Origin: Guillardia theta CCMP2712 | Taxonomy: Eukaryota > Protista > Cryptophyta | Direction of reading: 5' to 3' | Length of the DNA: 41,095 nucleotides | NCBI RefSeq assembly: GCF_000315625.1 | Contig: NW_005434527.1 | Coordinates: forward strand, 113,729 to 154,823 | Notes under the pieces: generated by a model | The model's database searches: none | What the model saw: the letters and a program-made list of their open reading frames with translations, nothing else | What the model was told of the DNA's origin: nothing | Position numbers and translations under genes: made by a program | Shown here: piece by piece, positions 34,540 to 41,095 of the stretch | Numbering within the stretch: position 1 is the stretch's first letter | Layout of the letters: each line of letters begins with the position of its first letter

Positions 34540-35731
34540 ATGCCGCGAAACTTGAGCGTCGACAGCGCGGAACATGGCGAGAGTGGTGAGAGTGGGATGA
34601 TAGGCAGCGAGCAAACACAACAAGCTGATGAGAAGATGGAGTTCAAGCAGTTTGAAGAGCTTTGCAAGCACAATATGCAATTCGACAAATGTATTGATTG
34701 CATGGAGGAGAACAAGAACTTGAACCCTTCGCTTTGCTCGCATAATGCAATCAAGGAGAAATGCAAAATTTGTATGCCTTCAGATGATGCGAAAGAAAGT
34801 CAGATTCAGTGTGATCACGGCAACGAAGCATCACAGTGCGAAGCTTGCTATCTTTCTGAAATGTGTGAACATAGCTGCAAGCGAACTGAGTGCAAAGACT
34901 GCGAGGTCATGCTTCCTCAGAACAAGAAGAGGAGAAAAGAAAAGAAAGCTTCTGGAACCTGTGAACACAATCGTCAGAAGAGGCTGTGCAAGGAATGCGG
35001 CGGATCCAGCATCTGTGTTCATAAACGACAGAAGAGAAGATGCAAAGAGTGTAGGGGCTCGGGAATATGTGAGCATGACAGGGAACGCAGGCTGTGTAAA
35101 GATTGTGGGGGCTCCGGTATTTGTATACACAAGAGGGAGAAGAGGAGATGCAAGGAATGTGGTGGCTCGGGGATCTGTGAGCACAATCGCAGGAGGAGCC
35201 TGTGCAAGGAGTGCCGAGGGTCAGCAATCTGTGAGCACAACCGTGAGAAGCGGCTCTGTAAAGATTGCCACGGAGCGGGTATCTGCGCTCACAACCGTCA
35301 GAGGAGACTGTGCAAAGAGTGTAAGGGGTCTGAGATCTGTGCGCACGGGAGGCGCAAAGGCCTGTGTAAAGATTGCGGGGGAAGGAGCTTCTGCGAGCAC
35401 AACAAGGTCCGCCGTCGCTGTAAGGAGTGTGCTGGGCTTGTGCTGGAAGTGACAGAGAAGAAGAAGCGGAAGCGAGGTCGAACGAAGTCAGACGAGGCTC
35501 ATGAGGTGACAGAGAACAATGCGAGCGTTGAAGCTCCGAAGGAGTTGACGGTAAACAGCGATGGCTTTCAAGGTTGGTGCAGTAGCAGCTGCTGTTCCTG
35601 TGCTGATGCCGTTCTTTCCAGGCCTCGTCAAGGCTCTCCGCTCGATGCCTCTTGCTACCGCATCCGAGAAGAGCGCTGAAGATTCTGCGATTGCAGAGCA
35701 CAGCTCGATTGAAGCAGAACTGCACAAGTGA
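34540..35731 (+). CDS. CxH-x6-CxxC tandem-repeat (putative zinc-binding) nuclear protein
   Basis: Nine tandem 18-aa repeats like ICEHNRRRSLCKECRGSA plus four degenerate N-terminal units; basic NLS-like clusters KKRRKEKK and KKKRKRGR; likely intron ~35573-35621 then stop at 35729-35731. Confidence 0.8.
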
Positions 35732-36028
35732 GCTTCTTGCTCAAGTGCACTTCCAAACCTCATCGCTTTCGGCGTCGTGTAGCCACATGACGCCTTTTGA
35801 TCGTCCTGACCTGAACGTCCGAGATCTGCTTCCAACCTCCAGCAAGGGAGCTTTGTTAATTATTCCGATTCCAATGAAAGACTGTTAAAACTACTCTGAC
35901 TGCAGCTGGTTTATTGGAACTTGTTTCCTCCAATGGAAAAGAGAAGCTGATTGGCAGGTACATGGTATGAATAATGCACTACCCACAGTCCGATGGATTT
36001 TGGGGTTCCAACACAGCTATTGACTCAT

Positions 36029-36030
<2 letters not shown>

Positions 36031-36076
<46 letters not shown>

Positions 36077-36245
36077 CTTCAGTATCTTGTCTTGTCTCGT
36101 CTTGTCTTGTCTTGTCATGTCATGTCATGTCATGTCATGTCATGTCTTGTCTTGTCTTGTCTTGTCTTGTCTTGTCTTGTCTTGTCTTGTCTTGTCTTGT
36201 CTTGTCTTGTCTTGTCTTGTCTTGTCTTGTCTTGTCTTGTCTTCT
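36031..36245. repeat. (TG)n followed by (TCTTG)n with an embedded (TCATG)n block
   Basis: Direct inspection. Confidence 0.95.
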
Positions 36246-36501
36246 TGATCTAACTTGGTGTTCGTTTGTCGTCGTTTCACGTCAAACTTGTCTACCTCTG
36301 AGGCGGAGCGCTTTGTTGCTTTGCGACGTTGCAGCGGTGGCAATGTTAGCTAGTCAATGGGGTACTTTTCCTATCAAAAGGAGGGGTCCACCAAACATGG
36401 GGGTGGGTAGAGGGGTAGGGAGGTAGCATGCAGTTTTGACCAGTGTAGTCAATGCTGGGAAGGAGCGAACATTGAAGTGCAAAGCGCACTTGTAATACAG
36501 T

Positions 36502-36615
36502 GAGAGGAGAGGAGAGGAGAGGAGAGGAGAGGAGAGGAGAGGAGAAGAGAGGAGAGCACAGCACAGCACAGCACAGCACAGCACAGCGAACAGAAGAGGA
36601 GAGGAGAGGAGAGGA
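36502..36615. repeat. (GAGAG)n/(GCACA)n compound pentanucleotide repeat
   Basis: Direct inspection. Confidence 0.9.
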
Positions 36616-36866
36616 AGGGAGTACATGAGACTTGTAAGAAAAGATGCCAACTGAGGAGAGAACATGGAGACTGCGAAATACAGTGAGAAATGAAAATGAA
36701 TGGGGGGACGTGAAACGAGCCAGATAGATATGAGCTCTGTAATTGAGATGCTACAGGATCATTGTACTCACAACAGGAGAGAAGAAATAAAGTCTGATCA
36801 AAGAATGCTGCAGGCTCTCGTCACCGGTGATTTTGTAAAGCCAGCGATCCGAATTGGTGTCCGAAG

Positions 36867-39800
36867 ATGGCATCAAGACATGACCTGATGCAAGGAATGA
36901 TCCAAAAATTGAAGAACGACAGAACCCATAACAAAGTTCCGTCAGACTTCCTTGACGTAGATGAATTCGAGAGCATCTCAGGACCTAGGAAGGAGGAGAA
37001 CGTTTTCAGCAAGGGCGATAGAGTACATATCTTCGGGTTGAAGAATGCAAGGCAGTACAATGGTCAAGTGGGCACCGCAGTGAAGGAAGAACAAGACAGC
37101 AAGTGGCTTGTTCGATTGGACGACGGGAACGAGATCATGGTGAGGGAGAAGAACTTAAGTCTGCCCGTGTTCAACGCGAATGATGCTTCAAGACATCATC
37201 ACTCGAGCCGTCACCATGAGACCGAGGCGTCAAGATCGCAGCCTCAGCAAGGGCCCAGCTCGCGATTCTTGAATCAGAAGGCCGAGGGAGGGAACACTCC
37301 CAAAGAAGAGCTTCCAAGTAGCCGAATCCCTGGATGCAGCAACTTTGATGCGAGCACGGGGAGAAACGTCCCCTTCTCCTTCCGCGACCAAGAGCGAGCA
37401 CGAGACGACTTTGACGTCGCGTTCAAGAGAGATGCTCTGCCGGAGGAAGTGAAGATGAAGTTTCCCGTCTCATCGAGAGCTGTTGTGATTGGGTTGAAGA
37501 CGGCAACAGAGATCAACGGGAGGACGGCAAGTATCATCGGATATGACGACGATAGAGTGATAGTCAAGGTTGAAACCGCCAGCGAGTTCGGATCAGCAAG
37601 TCAGAGCAAGATCATCAAGGTTCTTCATTCTCCTTCGCTCTTCAAGGCTCTTGTCTCACCCCCTGAACCTCCTCAGGTGCGGCCGAAGCATCTCCAGGCG
37701 CTCGCAGATTTCTTCAATGACGGCAACGAGGACAAGGCAAGAAGTCCTCTCCGTACCCGATCTTCCGACAGGAGGTAGCAACACTCCTCCTCCTTCCCAT
37801 GCTGCTGGAGTATACACACAGAAAGATGCATATTCCTCTCATCTCTTCCTCTCATCTCGTTCATCCTCACTTGCGCGTGCTAGGATCGGTGCCAAGAAGC
37901 TCGAGCTGCTGACTGGACCTGGAGAGCAGAATGCTGAGGAGGGCTTCCAGGGTACGGCGAGGAGGGATGCGCGACCTGGACAGGTAGATGTTGTTGGAGA
38001 TCGCGCCCCGTGCAAGATCCGCATGCTGGCTGATGGACGTGAGCTGATGTCTGCCTCCTCAGGTCGTCCGTGAAGTGACCGACATGGTTGATCAGTACAA
38101 GGCGGAGGAGGACGAGGCTGCCAAGGTAAGTGGGGAGGGCGCTGTTGAGTTCCCAAGATCATTCGGGGATTGGCAGGAGCTTCTCCGCACGATCGCTTCC
38201 AAGATCGTCGAGGCGTTCGACAACCACGGGCTGTCCGCAGCTCAAATCGCTAGGGAGCTTACGGATNNNNNNNNNNNNNNNNNNNNNNNNNNNNNNNNNN
38301 NNNNNNNNNNNNNNNNNNNNNNNNNNNNNNNNNNNNNNNNNNNNNNNNNNNNNNNNNNNNNNNNNNTTTTTCCCCCCCCCCCCCCCCCCCGCCATCCCAA
38401 GGTCCTGCCCTCGTTTCCTAGGTCCTGCCCTCGTTTCCTTCTCCACCTCTTTCTTTCCTTCCTCCTCCTCTTGTAAGCAGCTGCCTTACGGTTTCCTCAG
38501 CCCTCTTGCGTCCCCGAGGCGCAGGAGGTTTTCTCCTCATCCTGCTGCCTCGTCGAGTCCTGCACGGAGTCGAAGTCCTTACTCTACTGAAGGATCGTCT
38601 CGAGGACAGTCCAGGAACGCCTCCCCGCTGCCATGGGGTGCGGCAATGAGCAGCGGGAGCAGGCTGAGTGAAGAGAGTTCGGCTCCTCCCGCTCCTCCTG
38701 CTCCGCTTTCTCCGGACAAGTAGGACGAGAGGAAGGAGATGACGTGGTTGTGACTTCTGCCCTCCTCCTGCAGGTTGAAGGAAATTTTCTCGGTGATAGA
38801 CGAAGACAAGACGGGCCTGATAACGCACCCCAAGATGACAAAGTTCATTGTGTAAGATCCTCAGCTAGCTCGTGACTTCTTCCTCTCTCCTCCTCCTCTT
38901 GCTCAATCTCCTCCTGCTCGTCTCCCCCCTTTCTCCTACTCCTCCTGCTTGCCCTCCTGCTCCTTCTGCTCCCTCTGCCCCTGATCTACATCCCCCTTCT
39001 GCTCCATCCCCCTCCTGCCTCCTGCCTCCTGCCTCCTGCCGTTCCCCTTCCTCCTCGACCTTGCTCCTCCTTGTTTGCTCTCGTCCTGTCCTTATCTTCT
39101 TTCTGCGCAGAAAACATCCAAAGGTGGCTGAGCGCCTTGGCTTCCCTTCTGTGGTCCCACTCGAACCCAGCGACCCGCGCAGGCTGGAGTATCGCAGAGT
39201 GAGAGGATGAGGATGGAAAAGTGGACAGGAGGAGGAGGGAAGAGGGGGCAAGAGGAGGGTGGGTGGATGGAGGAGGGGGTTATGCCAGGAGAGCAAGGCG
39301 AGGAAGAGCAGAAACTAGAGGGGGAGGAGGAGGAAGTTGTGCAGGTCGAAGGGGAAGAGGAGGAATCAGGAGGGGAAGGGGTGGGGGGGGCGGAGAGGGA
39401 GAAGCAGGCGAGCAGAGCTGATGATAGTGCAGATCTTCTCACGAATGGATGTCAATCATAGTGGAATGATCTCCCTCGTTGAATTTCTCGGTTACTACGG
39501 ATATGGTGACTGGGCAAGTGACTCAGCCAGAGAAGAAGTAATTGCTCCTCTCCTCTCCTCTCCTCTCCTCTCCTCTCCTCTCCTCTCCTCCCCTCTCCTC
39601 TCCTCTCCTCCCCTCTCCTCTCCTCTCCTCTCCCCTCCTCTCCTCTCCCCTCCTCTCCTCTCCCCTCCCCTCCTCTCCCCTCCTCTCCCCTCACCTCACC
39701 TCCTCTCCCCTCCTCTACCCTCCTCTCTTCGTCTCAGTCAAATTGTTGCAGGTGCAGGNNNNNNNNNNNNNNNNNNNNNNNNNNNNNNNNNNNNNNNNNN

Positions 39801-40481
39801 NNNNNNNNNNNNNNNNNNNNNNNNNNNNNNNNNNNNNNNNNNNNNNNNNNNNNNNNNNTCTGAACCCGAGGAAAGACATGCTGGCCGTCTTCGTGAAACA
39901 ATTCTCAAAGCTTGACCTCAACGACAACGGAAAGGTCAATAATTTTCCTTCCTTCTGCTCTGATAACTGTTCGGTCCTCCGCTCCTCCACCTTCTCCCCT
40001 CCCCTCGCTTCCTCTCCCTTCCACTATCCCCTCGCTTCCCCTCTCCTCCCATCCTCTCCCACGATCTCATCCACTCACCTACTCATCCTCTTTCCCTCCT
40101 CCTTTCCTCGTCTTCTCTCCGTCCTTGTGCTGCGTCTGAACTCTCCGCGTCCTTTCCTCCCGTCCCTCAGGTCGATGAAGATGAATTCCTGGCAAGGTTT
40201 GGCTTCGGCCCCTTCGCCGACCCTGAGCTGCAGGTAATTCCACACCGACTCCCTTGTGTGTTCCGCTCCTGCTGCTCCTCCTGCCCCTGCTCCTCCTGCA
40301 CCTGCACCTGCACCTACTGCTGCTGCTGCTGCTGCTCCTCCTCCTCCTCCTCCTCCTGTCCTACCCCCCTCGCTTCTCCTCCCTCTCCTGCTTCTGGTGC
40401 TGAGCAAGGCTGCAGGTCCGCATGGATCGCCTCAAGTACGAGGCGCATAAATCTCCTCGAGCCCGACGAGCGAGGTCATGA
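36867..40481 (+). CDS. Protein with two SH3/KOW-like beta-barrel repeats and C-terminal EF-hands (spans two gaps; could be two genes)
   Basis: GDRVHIFGLKNARQYNGQVG...WLVRLDDGNEIMVREKNL and SSRAVVIGLKTATEINGRTA...VIVKV...VRPKHL; EF-hands IFSVIDEDKTGLIT, IFSRMDVNHSGMISLVEF and FSKLDLNDNGK-VDEDEF; last exon VRMDRLKYEAHK...TGA 40479-40481. Confidence 0.65.
38267..38366. other. Assembly gap (100 N)
   Basis: Run of n. Confidence 1.
39759..39858. other. Assembly gap (100 N)
   Basis: Run of n. Confidence 1.
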
Positions 40482-40564
40482 GGAGACGATAGAGGAGAAG
40501 AGAAGCAGAGGAGGCAGCAGGGGAGGGAACAAGAGGTGGAAGAGGAGGAGGAGAGGAGGGGAGA

Positions 40565-40628
40565 GGACAGCAGGACAGCAGGACAGCAGGACAGCAGGAC
40601 AGCAGGACAGCAGGACAGCAGGACAGCA
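40565..40628. repeat. (GGACAGCA)n 8-bp repeat
   Basis: About 8 tandem copies downstream of the stop codon. Confidence 0.9.
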
Positions 40629-40944
40629 TGCGAGGAAAATGGGTATTGGTCGAGAAATGTAAGTAACAATATGAAGGGTGTAAGTTTGTAAAATTTGACA
40701 AGATAAAAATGAAGATAAAGATTAATATCAAATGATGAAGATTGAATGGTAGGATCTGAGGCTGAACGGTGTTAGAGAGGGAGGGAGGAAGAGGAGGGAG
40801 CAGAGGTAGAAGGGAGATATTCAAAGTTACATGTCAGAACTTTCTTATCTCAAAACGCCGATATCCCTTGATTATGTGCTTTCTAGCGAGACATCTGAAC
40901 AGCTCATCGCGTCTCTACTTGCGTCTCCTCCTCCTCCTCCATCC

Positions 40945-41049
40945 TCATCCTCGGCACGGAAACTTGATGAGATCTGATCGCTTCGCGCCTCCTCTCGCTG
41001 TCTTGGTCCTCTCGTACTCTCCGTCTAGCCGCGGGTCGAGCACGAGAAC
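40945..41049 (-). CDS. Probable last exon of a gene entering from beyond the right edge
   Basis: Pyrimidine tract plus GTAAC...CAG acceptor followed by VLVLDPRLDGEYERTKTARGGAKRSDLIKFPCRG-stop; reading frame unverified. Confidence 0.35.
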   Translation of the reverse strand, partial: VLVLDPRLDGEYERTKTARGGAKRSDLIKFPCRG

Positions 41050-41095
41050 CTGCTGGTCGGTTACTTGCGAGAGAGAAAGAGAGGGAGGAGGGGGA

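Noticed and set aside
35974-36665. Cys/Leu-rich ORFs (VLSCL repeats)
   Set aside because: Translations of TG and pentanucleotide microsatellites.

Overview
Eukaryotic nuclear DNA, not prokaryotic. It is gene-dense, with many short (~45-60 nt) GT-AG introns carrying CTGAC/CTAAC-like branch points, plus longer introns inflated by purine/pyrimidine microsatellites. The style strongly suggests a cryptophyte such as Guillardia theta (inference from sequence style only). Genes in order: long coiled-coil protein (-, runs off the left end), EF-hand/PH/ankyrin protein (+), peptidyl-tRNA hydrolase with N-terminal extension (-), signal-anchored hypothetical (+), SHIPPO/PGP-repeat ciliary protein (-), signal-peptide TPR/GT41 O-GlcNAc-transferase-like protein (+), ABC1/ADCK2-like kinase (-), multi-exon hypothetical (+), ABCF2 (-), a tail-to-tail pair of RWP-RK transcription factors, a possible small multi-exon gene (-), a CxH-x6-CxxC repeat protein (+), an SH3-like/EF-hand protein (+), and the last exon of a minus-strand gene. 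Two things stand out. (1) The RWP-RK pair shares a 767-bp inverted arm, identical wherever readable, but has different upstream regions and diverged C-terminal tails; this could be a gene-conversion palindrome and possibly an invertible tail-swapping cassette. (2) The non-coding DNA is modular: TACCC-rich clusters sit on the 5' side of genes, and GC-rich islands share the exact word GAGAAAAGACAGCG. All exon structures were inferred by eye; no searches were run.
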